Assembly (NCBI GenBank): GCA_001029675.1
Contig: CP011210.1
Location: 64,193 to 128,192, forward strand
Length of the DNA stretch: 64,000 bases
Reading direction: 5' to 3'
Source: Candidatus Beckwithbacteria bacterium GW2011_GWC1_49_16
GTDB lineage: Bacteria > Patescibacteriota > Microgenomatia > UBA1400 > CG1-02-47-37
The position numbers and the translations under genes were made by a program. Of this stretch, positions 26,518-33,755 are shown one piece after another (position 1 is the first letter of the stretch; each line of letters starts with the position of its first letter). The notes beneath the pieces were generated by a model, which saw nothing but the letters and a program-made list of their open reading frames with translations, was not told the DNA's origin and ran no database searches.

Positions 26518-27219
26518 ATGGGTTTACTTGATGATCTGATCAGCAAGCACGTTAAGCGGCGAGAACTGCTGTTGGTAGATAAATCGATGGAGGGGAGAGA
26601 GAAGAGGTTTCGCCGCCGGCCGTTTATTACCGTGTCGCGCGAGGCGGGCAGCGGGGGGCGGCCCGTCGCCCAAGCGGTGGCCAAAAAGCTGGGGTTTAAG
26701 TTTTACGACAGGAAAATTATTGAACTAACTGCCAAAAAAGCCAAAAGGAGAGAAAATTTAATTGCCTCGCTGGACGAGAGGGAAAGGGGCCTGGTGGACG
26801 ACTTGGTTCACTCGCTGTTAAACCCCGATTATGTATCGGAACAAAGCTACATCAAAAGTCTTTGTGAGGTGATGTTGTCTTTGGCGCATAAAGGAGCTTG
26901 TGTGCTTTTGGGCAGGGGAGGGAATTTTGTTACTTCCCAGTACGGCGGGCTTCATGTGAGGATAGCGGCGCCGTTTTTGGTTCGGGCCGGCTATACGGCG
27001 CAATACGAGGACTATACGATTTTTAAAGCCAAGGATAGGGTAAAAAAGTTTGACCAGAGAAGGAAGGAATTTATCAAGCAGTACTTTGGCAAAGATCCTT
27101 CCAACGACAACTATTATGACTTGGTGGTGAACACGACTTATTTTAATATCAATGAGGCTAGGGATATTGTGGTGGCTGCCTTTGTGAAAAAGTTTCCGGA
27201 CTGGAAGAAGTTTCGCTAG
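26518..27219 (+). CDS. cytidylate kinase-like family protein (Cytidylate_kin2-type)
   Basis: 233 aa. ITVSREAGSGGRPVAQAVAKKLGFKFYDRKII P-loop/NMP-binding block characteristic of this family. Confidence 0.6.
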   Translation: MGLLDDLISKHVKRRELLLVDKSMEGREKRFRRRPFITVSREAGSGGRPVAQAVAKKLGFKFYDRKIIELTAKKAKRRENLIASLDERERGLVDDLVHSLLNPDYVSEQSYIKSLCEVMLSLAHKGACVLLGRGGNFVTSQYGGLHVRIAAPFLVRAGYTAQYEDYTIFKAKDRVKKFDQRRKEFIKQYFGKDPSNDNYYDLVVNTTYFNINEARDIVVAAFVKKFPDWKKFR

Positions 27220-27244
27220 GCGATTATAATAGAATGTTCTTTAA

Positions 27245-27621
27245 CATAGCGGGTGGGAGGTAAGTATCTCGTGAGGCTCAAGGTAGTGGGCCCCTCCGAG
27301 GGTAACTTCGGAGAGAGAACCCGGCTCATAACGGAGAAATCCCGGTTAAGACCGAGGATAACCCCGTGGGAAGTCGAGGGCATATAGAAATATATAGTCC
27401 GAGACCCCGTAACGACTGATTCCCGGTGAAAACCGAGGATGAGATGGTGACCGATGCTTCGGCCCATCACACGCCGGGCTCCCGGTCACGACGATAGTCG
27501 GACCGAGGATGATGGTATAGTCTAACTCTGGAAAACAGAGGCATAATCTCACTTAATCTGGGAGCGTAACCCAGAACCCGCTACCAAATTAGCCTCTAGG
27601 CGTTAGCTTCTAGCTCCTAGA
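27245..27621 (+). ncRNA. structured non-coding RNA candidate with RNase P RNA-like motifs (possible rnpB). Identity unresolved.
   Basis: ~380-nt ORF-free GC-rich region. Motifs resembling RNase P conserved regions: GAGAGAACCCGGCUCAUAACGGAG, CCCGGUGAAAACCGAGG (GGUGAAA block), GCCGGGCUCC, and 3'-proximal CCCAGAACCCGCUACC. Long-range complementarities GUAGUGGG (27273)/CCCGCUAC (27575) and GAGGCU (27262)/AGCCUC (27589). Ends at an intrinsic terminator. The motif ACCGAGGAU recurs three times. Confidence 0.35.
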
Positions 27622-27645
27622 CAGCCCCGATTTTTCGGGGCTTTT
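27622..27645 (+). terminator. rho-independent terminator
   Basis: CAGCCCCGATTTTTCGGGGC hairpin followed by TTTT. Confidence 0.7.
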
Positions 27646-27649
27646 GGTA

Positions 27650-27678
27650 TTGACATATTCGGTAAATGTTCGCATAAT
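27650..27678 (+). promoter_or_regulatory. sigma-70-type promoter (TTGACA-17 nt-CATAAT) driving a probably leaderless transcript
   Basis: Perfect -35 TTGACA, 17-nt spacer, -10 CATAAT. The ATG of the downstream gene lies 7 nt after the -10, implying a leaderless mRNA. Confidence 0.55.
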
Positions 27679-27684
27679 GGAACT

Positions 27685-28362
27685 ATGGCTAAATCTGCCC
27701 AACGGTTGGAAGCGAGACGGCTACGACGGCAAGGCTACAGCATTAACGAGATCGCCTCAAAGGTGACAATATCTAAACGAACTGTAAGCAGGTGGTGTAG
27801 AGATATTGTGTTGAATAGGCGACAGAAGAAAATTTTGTGGGCGAGGGCCAAATCTAAATACGCGATTAATTTTAGAAAATACCTTGAAAGAAAAAGTTTA
27901 AGAACCAAAAACAAAATTAAAACCCTTAGGGTAAAAGGGATAAATAAGATTGGGAGTTTGTCCGAAAGGGAACTATTTGTCGTTGGTGCCTCTCTGTATT
28001 GGGCGGAAGGATTTAAAAAAGACACGAGAATCGGTTTTGCTAACTCTGATCTGGATATGATTAAGTTGTTTATTAGGTGGTTAACGAAGTGCCTAAAGAT
28101 TACCAAAGATAATTTGACTTTTTGTGTAACCGTCAATGCTTCGTATAGAAGAAAAATTGCTGAAATTGAGCGGTATTGGGTAAAGAGTTTAGGCGTTAGT
28201 AGAAAGCAATTCACCAGGCCGTTTTTCCAAGAAGTTAAATGGAGGAAGAAGTATGAGAAACCGGAGGAATATCATGGCGTGTTAAGGGTAAGGGTAGTTA
28301 AGAGCCTGGATTTGTTGAGAGAGGTTAATGGTTATATTGAAGGGTTGAGGCGAAGTGTATAG
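27685..28362 (+). CDS. HTH-domain protein with LAGLIDADG-like homing-endonuclease-type core (paralog 2)
   Basis: 225 aa. N-terminal HTH (GYSINEIASKVTISKRTVSRWCR). Core LFVVGASLYWAEGFKKD...NSDLDMIKLFIRWLTKCLKI aligns with paralog 1 (LYWxEG...NSD...WLT). AT-rich. Immediately followed by a tRNA. Confidence 0.5.
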   Translation: MAKSAQRLEARRLRRQGYSINEIASKVTISKRTVSRWCRDIVLNRRQKKILWARAKSKYAINFRKYLERKSLRTKNKIKTLRVKGINKIGSLSERELFVVGASLYWAEGFKKDTRIGFANSDLDMIKLFIRWLTKCLKITKDNLTFCVTVNASYRRKIAEIERYWVKSLGVSRKQFTRPFFQEVKWRKKYEKPEEYHGVLRVRVVKSLDLLREVNGYIEGLRRSV

Positions 28363-28384
28363 CAATTTGGTAAAATACTTGTGC

Positions 28385-28457
28385 GGCAGGGTAGCTCAGT
28401 TGGTGGAGCACGGGATTCATAAACCCGCGGTCGCGAGTTCGATCCTCGCCCCTGCTA
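28385..28457 (+). tRNA. tRNA with anticodon CAT (Met, or Ile2/initiator class)
   Basis: Hand fold: acceptor GGCAGGG/CCCTGCT (G1-U72 wobble), D-arm GCTC...GAGC, anticodon stem CGGGA/ACCCG (A31-A39 mismatch) with loop TTCATAA, T-arm GCGAG-TTCGATC-CTCGC, discriminator A. Confidence 0.65.
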
Positions 28458-28928
28458 CTAGGAAGCCTTTTTAATTTCCTGATGATCGGGCCAGACGGGG
28501 CGAGTCATTTTTTCCCACCAGTAAAACTGATTGCCTTTCTTAAAACTCATCTTGGCTAGAAATTTTTCCTCGTTTGAATCAGGGCGAGCCAGCCAGTCAA
28601 TGTCGTCAATCCCGAGTTTTCCCAATCTTTTTTGGCATTCGGCAAATAAGGCCTCGTCAACGCCTACGTCTTTATCTTTAGGCAACACCATAATGTTTTC
28701 GCCCATGGCCCAGGTTCTAAACATTACCCGACAAAAAAGAAAACCAACAATTTGTCCGTCTTTGTTCGCTACTAATAAGATGTCGTCGTTTTTTTGCTTG
28801 AGCCAGGCGGTTAAATACTTTTGATCGTAAAAACCGGTTTCACCCACTTGAAAGTCCTGGTTCAAAACCCCTGGTTTATAAATCTGGTCAATATCTTGTT
28901 CGGTTAAATCCCGAACCACAATCTCCAT
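28458..28928 (-). CDS. GNAT-family N-acetyltransferase
   Basis: 156 aa. ILLVANKDGQIVGFLF beta-strand/motif A-like region typical of GNAT fold. Specificity unknown. Confidence 0.45.
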   Translation of the reverse strand: MEIVVRDLTEQDIDQIYKPGVLNQDFQVGETGFYDQKYLTAWLKQKNDDILLVANKDGQIVGFLFCRVMFRTWAMGENIMVLPKDKDVGVDEALFAECQKRLGKLGIDDIDWLARPDSNEEKFLAKMSFKKGNQFYWWEKMTRPVWPDHQEIKKAS

Positions 28929-28938
28929 ACCAAGATGA

Positions 28939-29247
28939 TTATACCCTTTTGAGGGGCACCTGGGACAGCTTGGTAAGTTCTTCCTGGTTGTCGTTTGGAG
29001 CCGTTTTGTTTCTGGTGATTTTTGAGCATTTGTCGCACTGGTGGAAGATAATCGGTTTGCCTGATTTTATCTGTAGACCAATGGGTGGCATCAGCCCGCC
29101 GCAGTCGGCGGCCCGGTCGCCGGGAGTCAGCTCGTCGACGTGTTTAGAATAGAGGCAATTAGGGCAGTGGTTGGTGTAGCCGGAGCCGCGGACTTTTTGG
29201 CCGCAGTGAGCACAGGTGAAATTTTCGGTGACTTTGACAAAAGCCAT
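28939..29247 (-). CDS. RNHCP-domain zinc-ribbon protein
   Basis: FTCAHCGQKV...TNHCPNCLYSKHVD...CDKCSKI contains the (R/T)NHCPxC signature of RNHCP domain proteins. Start at MAFVKV. Confidence 0.55.
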   Translation of the reverse strand: MAFVKVTENFTCAHCGQKVRGSGYTNHCPNCLYSKHVDELTPGDRAADCGGLMPPIGLQIKSGKPIIFHQCDKCSKITRNKTAPNDNQEELTKLSQVPLKRV

Positions 29248-29452
29248 TTTGGTGATAGAATAGCACAAGTTGAAAAGTTAATTAAACGCGACGATCCGGA
29301 GGGTTGGAACCGGGGAGCGGACTCTAATCAAGTACGGAGGCAAAACCGTAAAAAGACAGCAGCGTATGTTGCCATAATCGGATAAAGTACGTGTCATAAG
29401 AGAACCCTCGTTTGACCATTTACTGTTGTGGCAAAGCGAGGGTTTTTTTGTT

Positions 29453-29528
29453 AGGCGCGTAGCTTAGTTGGTAAAGCACTTGTCTCCAAAACAAGCGAGC
29501 GCAGGTTCGACCCCTGCCGCGCCTGCCA
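29453..29528 (+). tRNA. tRNA-Trp, anticodon CCA, with encoded 3' CCA
   Basis: Hand fold: acceptor AGGCGCG/CGCGCCT, D-arm GCTT-AGTTGGTA-AAGC, anticodon stem CTTGT/ACAAG with loop CTCCAAA, T-arm GCAGG-TTCGACC-CCTGC, discriminator G, CCA. Confidence 0.8.
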
Positions 29529-29557
29529 CTTTGACAGTTATATCAATTAGTTAAATA

Positions 29558-30571
29558 ATGAAAGAAAATATGAAAAATATAAAACGAGTTTTATCCGGCA
29601 TCAGAGCCACCGGCAGGTTGCATTTGGGCAACTACCTGGGCATGGTCAAAGGCATGCTGGAGTTACAAGATAATCCGGGCTACGAGATTTTTTACATGGT
29701 AGCCGATCTTCATTCGATGACCACGCCGTACGACCAGAAAACCTTGGCGTCAACGGCTAGGGAGGTGGTATTAGACTATCTTTCTTGCGGTCTAGAGCCT
29801 GACAAAAGTGCGGTTTTTCTTCAGTCGGATTTAGCCGAGCTCCATACAGAACTGATGTTTTATCTGTCCACGGTAGTGACTGTTGCCCGGATGCAGCACC
29901 TGCCGACATTTAAAGAAAAAGTTAAACAATATCCCCAAAATGTGACCATGGCGTTGTTAAACTATCCGGTGCTGATGGCGGCGGATATTTTGATTTATAA
30001 ATCGTCTGACGTACCGACGGGCATAGATCAAGAGCCGCACTTGGAAGTGGCCCGGGAAATCGCCCGGAAGATGAACGAGGCGTTTGGCACTGATTTTCCC
30101 GAACCGAAGCGTTTTGGAACTCGCGGCGAGTACGTGCCGAGCTTAACCGATGAGGGCAAGATGAGTAAATCTGTCGAGGGCAGCTATATCCAGTTGACGG
30201 ATGATTTGGAAACGATCAAAAAACGGCTGGCAGCAGCGCCGACGGATAGTGGCCGCGGCCAAGCCGTGCCGACCGCAGGCGGCGTGGCCAATCTGCTTAC
30301 CCTGGTGGAGTTGTTTGAAGGCAAGGAGAAGCGCAAGAAGTATGAGAAGCAGTATGTTACAAGCGGCATCCGCTATGGCGAGTTGAAAACTGAGCTGGCC
30401 GAGGCTATCTACCGCGATCTTAAGCCGATTCAGGAAAAGAGGCGGGAGCTTGAGAAAAAGCCCGACTATGTGGAACAGGTGTTAAAAGACGGAGCGGACA
30501 AGGCCAGAAAGATTGCCCAAAAAACCATCGACGAAGTCAAAACCAAAATGGGGCTGAAAGGCGGATTATGA
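29558..30571 (+). CDS. trpS: tryptophan--tRNA ligase
   Basis: 337 aa. Class I HIGH region SGIRATGRLHLGNYLG and KMSKS motif. Sits 30 nt downstream of tRNA-Trp. Confidence 0.9.
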   Translation: MKENMKNIKRVLSGIRATGRLHLGNYLGMVKGMLELQDNPGYEIFYMVADLHSMTTPYDQKTLASTAREVVLDYLSCGLEPDKSAVFLQSDLAELHTELMFYLSTVVTVARMQHLPTFKEKVKQYPQNVTMALLNYPVLMAADILIYKSSDVPTGIDQEPHLEVAREIARKMNEAFGTDFPEPKRFGTRGEYVPSLTDEGKMSKSVEGSYIQLTDDLETIKKRLAAAPTDSGRGQAVPTAGGVANLLTLVELFEGKEKRKKYEKQYVTSGIRYGELKTELAEAIYRDLKPIQEKRRELEKKPDYVEQVLKDGADKARKIAQKTIDEVKTKMGLKGGL

Positions 30572-30684
30572 GATTTTGCTGGTGGCAGGAACGATATTTA
30601 TGGCGGGCTAAAATGTAGCTTGAGTTTTTATTATTAAACTTTAACCCCGCCAACAAGCGGGGTTTTTGAAAGGAGGTGATAATC

Positions 30685-31968
30685 ATGAATATTCCACAAA
30701 GATTTTTAAACCTAAACTACTATTTGCAAAAATACTTGGGCGAGTTGCCGCCGCCGCCACTTCATCCGGCAAGTAGGCAGCCGGTGGGGCCTGAAGATTT
30801 GACGCCTTTGTTCCCTATGGAACTAATTAAACAGGAAGTGTCTGTGGACGAGTTTGTGGACATACCTGATGAAGTCAGGGAGATTTATAAGCTTTATCGG
30901 CCCAGCCCCTTAATCCGGGCTAAGCGCTTGGAAAAAGCTTTAAAAACCCCGGCCCGAATTTACTACAAATACGAAGGGGTCAGCCCGGCCGGAAGCCACA
31001 AATTAAATACCGCCTTGGTCCAGGCTTATTACTCTAAAAAAGAAGGGGTTAAGCGTTTGGTGACCGAGACCGGCGCCGGCCAGTGGGGATCGGCCCTGGC
31101 GCTGGCGACCAAGTTTTTTGGCCTCAAGTGTCTGGTTTACATGGTTAAGATTTCTTTTGAGCAAAAGCCTTACCGGCGGGTGGTGATGGAGCTGTTTGAT
31201 GCTAAGGTGGTTCCCAGCCCGTCAAAAAAAACGCGCGTCGGTAGAAGCTTTTTAAAGCAATACCCCCGGACGCACGGCAGTCTCGGCATGGCGATTGCCG
31301 AAGCGATCGAAGTGGCAGCGGGTGATGAGGCTACCAAGTACTCGCTGGGATCGGTGTTAAACCATGTACTGCTTCATCAAACTGTCATCGGCCTGGAAGC
31401 CAAAGACCAGTTTAAGGCGTTGGGCGACGAGCCTGACGTGGTCATCGGCTGCTGCGGCGGGGGATCGAACTTTTCCGGCCTGGCCTTTCCGTTTCTGGTG
31501 GATAAGCTGTCTGGTAAAAAACCCAACCGGCGGTTTGTGGGAGTGGAGCCAAGCTCGTGCGCCTCAATGAGTAAAGGGGAATATCGCTATGACTTTGGCG
31601 ATACGGGTCAGCAGACACCGTTACTTAAAATGGAGACGCTGGGGAGTGATTTTGTGCCACCGCCGATCCATGCAGGGGGCTTACGCTATCACGGCATTGC
31701 CCCAACCTTGGCCTTTTTGCACCAGAAAAAGTTGGTTGAGGCCAAGGCTTATGATCAAGTCAGTGTTTTCAGAGCGGCACAGGAGTTTGCCCATAGCGAG
31801 GGGGTTATTCCGGCGCCGGAGTCAGCCCATGCGATTAAGGCGGCAATCGATGAAGCTCTACGCTGCAGGAGACAAAGAAAGGCGGAAACGATTATTTTCA
31901 ACCTTTCCGGTCACGGTCTTTTGGACCTCAAAGGCTATGAAGATTTTTTGGCCGGGAGTTTGAGGTAG
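30685..31968 (+). CDS. trpB: tryptophan synthase beta chain-like protein, TrpB2 type (PLP-dependent)
   Basis: ~428 aa. GSHKLN PLP-lysine motif and the long N-terminal extension typical of TrpB2. AGGAGG RBS 8 nt upstream of ATG 30685. No trpA nearby. Confidence 0.7.
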   Translation: MNIPQRFLNLNYYLQKYLGELPPPPLHPASRQPVGPEDLTPLFPMELIKQEVSVDEFVDIPDEVREIYKLYRPSPLIRAKRLEKALKTPARIYYKYEGVSPAGSHKLNTALVQAYYSKKEGVKRLVTETGAGQWGSALALATKFFGLKCLVYMVKISFEQKPYRRVVMELFDAKVVPSPSKKTRVGRSFLKQYPRTHGSLGMAIAEAIEVAAGDEATKYSLGSVLNHVLLHQTVIGLEAKDQFKALGDEPDVVIGCCGGGSNFSGLAFPFLVDKLSGKKPNRRFVGVEPSSCASMSKGEYRYDFGDTGQQTPLLKMETLGSDFVPPPIHAGGLRYHGIAPTLAFLHQKKLVEAKAYDQVSVFRAAQEFAHSEGVIPAPESAHAIKAAIDEALRCRRQRKAETIIFNLSGHGLLDLKGYEDFLAGSLR

Positions 31969-31974
31969 TTAAAA

Positions 31975-31998
31975 GGGGGGCGGAGCAATCCGCCCCCC
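31975..31998. terminator. GC-rich hairpin, probable bidirectional terminator
   Basis: GGGGGGCGGAGCAATCCGCCCCCC perfect 8-bp-plus stem. The T-tract is better on the minus strand (TTTT) than the plus strand (TT). Confidence 0.5.
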
Positions 31999-32008
31999 TT
32001 GTGGTAGA

Positions 32009-32368
32009 ATGGCAACCATGATTACCATCAACGATTTTGCTAAAATTGAAATCCGCGTCGGCAAGGTGATGAAAGCAGAGAATGTGGCGGGAAGTGAGAA
32101 ACTAATTCGACTGAAGGTTGACGTGGGAGAAGAGAAGCCGCGGACCATTTTTACCGGAGTGAGGCCTTTTGGATATGAGGAGAGCGATTTTGAGGGGAAG
32201 AAGTTTTTGTTTGTGACTAACCTTGAGCCGAAACCAATAATGGGTGAAGAAAGCCAGGGGATGGTGTTGGCGGTTGACCCCACTTCGCCAGAGGCTTCGT
32301 TGGGGCAGGCGTCAAAGCCTTTATTTATTTCCGGGGAAGGGATGCCGGTAGGGGCGAAGGTAAGATAA
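32009..32368 (+). CDS. tRNA-binding protein (CsaA/Trbp111/EMAP-II-like OB-fold domain)
   Basis: 119 aa. DFAKIEIRVGKV...KLIRLKVDVGEEKPRTIFTG matches the MetRS C-terminal-like tRNA-binding domain. Confidence 0.7.
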   Translation: MATMITINDFAKIEIRVGKVMKAENVAGSEKLIRLKVDVGEEKPRTIFTGVRPFGYEESDFEGKKFLFVTNLEPKPIMGEESQGMVLAVDPTSPEASLGQASKPLFISGEGMPVGAKVR

Positions 32369-32861
32369 GCTGATTGTATTCTTGCCAAAAAGCTTTGGGT
32401 AGCTCGGGTGAATATTCTTCAATAATTTTTTCCATACTAGGATTAAAAGGTGGAGTGGTTACGTTTTGAATTAACAAGCCTTCGTTGCCAGCCACAAAAC
32501 AGAATGCGTGACCAGTGCCATATTGAAGCACAATGGGTTTTTCGGCGTCAAGATAATGTTTGGTAATTTTCCCCTTAGGATCGATATCTAAAAACCAGCC
32601 ATTCCCCTTAATCGCGTGTTCGATTAATTGGACTTCTGGTTCAGTTACCTTAGCCACCGCGGTGTGGGAATCTGGATCGATATCAAACAACGCTCCACTG
32701 GCCCAATCCTTGGCTTCATCCAGAAAGACAAAGGGGTAAATATGATATCCACCCAGATCAATGTCTGGTTGAAAATCTATGTTTCGGTGAACACTTTTAA
32801 ACTCAACGCTTTTGATTTCGACTTTATCCATATGTATATTTTTGTGATATAATAAAGCCAA
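32325..32861 (-). CDS. hypothetical protein, possibly cupin-like
   Basis: 178 aa. Gly/His-containing beta-rich segment (QYGTGHAFCFVAGNEG). No firm family assignment. 3' end overlaps the convergent upstream gene by 44 nt. Confidence 0.3.
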   Translation of the reverse strand: MALLYHKNIHMDKVEIKSVEFKSVHRNIDFQPDIDLGGYHIYPFVFLDEAKDWASGALFDIDPDSHTAVAKVTEPEVQLIEHAIKGNGWFLDIDPKGKITKHYLDAEKPIVLQYGTGHAFCFVAGNEGLLIQNVTTPPFNPSMEKIIEEYSPELPKAFWQEYNQLILPSPLPASLPRK

Positions 32862-32911
32862 TAAGAGTGAGAAAGCAAGAATTTTTGTATGTATATATGT
32901 AGGCAGAATTT

Positions 32912-33478
32912 ATGATAGTTTTTTATACTGCCAGCTACTTTGGCAAGAAAAAATATCAGAAAGACTATGATTTGGTGCTTAACACCTTAAAGCAATTCGG
33001 GGTGCAGCTAATTGGCACAGAAGTGGGTAACTATAAAGATTTTGTAGATGAGGCGACGAGGGAAAGATTAAAAGCCAAACCCAAACTACTTCATTACGAA
33101 GCCATTCGCCAGGGAATTCACATGGCCGACGCGGTGGTGTTGGAAGTGTCTAACGAAGATTTTCAGATTGGCCACGAGGCCAGCCTGGCCATTGCCGAAA
33201 AGAAACCGGTTTTATGTTTGTCGGTGAATGAAGATGTGAGTTTTAGGGTAATAAACGACTATCTTTTTGGGGCTAAATACAACCAGAGGAATGTAAAAAG
33301 TGTGGTTCAGGACTTTTTGGCTAAAGCGAGACGGATGAGTCTGTCGCAGCGGTTTAATTTGTTTTTGTATCCGCACCAGATTGATTATTTAAAAAAAGCG
33401 TCAAAGCGGGCGGGGATGAACATGAGCGAGTATATTCGGCGGCTAATTAGCCTCGACCGGCGGGGAAGAGAAAACTAA
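32912..33478 (+). CDS. hypothetical protein, nucleoside 2-deoxyribosyltransferase-like Rossmann N-region with C-terminal ribbon-helix-helix-like tail
   Basis: 188 aa. N-terminal MIVFYTASYFG strand-loop resembles the NDT/LOG-like superfamily. C-terminal MSEYIRRLISLD resembles a CopG/RHH helix. Weak. Confidence 0.3.
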   Translation: MIVFYTASYFGKKKYQKDYDLVLNTLKQFGVQLIGTEVGNYKDFVDEATRERLKAKPKLLHYEAIRQGIHMADAVVLEVSNEDFQIGHEASLAIAEKKPVLCLSVNEDVSFRVINDYLFGAKYNQRNVKSVVQDFLAKARRMSLSQRFNLFLYPHQIDYLKKASKRAGMNMSEYIRRLISLDRRGREN

Positions 33479-33519
33479 CCCTTGCCAAGTAAAAAAATTT
33501 AGTTATAATTCTGGAGAAT

Positions 33520-33699
33520 ATGAAAGACTTTGAGCCAGCGCCGATCAGAGACTTGTCTACAGAGGACGGGCTAACGCCCTACGCTCAGCCAGGGTCACCT
33601 GTTGAGCTGGGTAGGTTAGAGTTGACTGGAGAGGCAGGTCGCACGGAAGCGACCGAAGGACAAGCTCCCCTGGGCGGTCACGGCGGTCACGGAGAGTAA
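33520..33699 (+). CDS. small acidic Gly-rich ORF (59 aa) upstream of ftsH
   Basis: TATAAT box (agtTATAATtc) ~15 nt upstream. GGAG Shine-Dalgarno 6 nt before ATG. Peptide MKDFEPAPIRDLSTEDG...GGHGGHGE. Below the ORF-track length cut-off. Coding status uncertain. Confidence 0.3.
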   Translation: MKDFEPAPIRDLSTEDGLTPYAQPGSPVELGRLELTGEAGRTEATEGQAPLGGHGGHGE

Positions 33700-33755
33700 A
33701 ACCTCTCAATTAGCGGCCAGTTCCAGGAGAGTAGCTTTTTCTGTGGTACAATCGG

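Noticed and set aside
27245-27645. tmRNA as identity of the structured region
   Set aside because: There is no tRNA-like 3' end (GGTTCGAnTCC...CCA) and no plausible tag-peptide reading frame ending in hydrophobic residues. RNase P-like motifs fit somewhat better, but even that is unconfirmed.
29140-29385. Plus-strand ORF of 81 aa antisense to the RNHCP gene
   Set aside because: It lies inside a better-supported minus-strand gene with a conserved NHCPxC motif. Likely a shadow ORF.
29395-29452. T-box leader regulating trpS
   Set aside because: Only a long-loop hairpin plus T-tract is present. The conserved T-box sequence and specifier-loop architecture were not found, and a tRNA gene occupies the position where a leader would be.
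31969-32388. Minus-strand ORF 31969..32388 (139 aa) antisense to the CsaA-like tRNA-binding gene
   Set aside because: The plus-strand gene has a clear conserved domain. The antisense frame has none and overlaps the terminator hairpin.
33480-33755. Possible SRP RNA or 6S RNA in the ftsH upstream spacer
   Set aside because: Looked for the SRP domain IV GGAA/AGCAGCC asymmetric-loop signature and found only a loose resemblance (GCACGGAAGCGACCGAAGGACAAGC). No convincing match. Reported instead as a small-ORF candidate.
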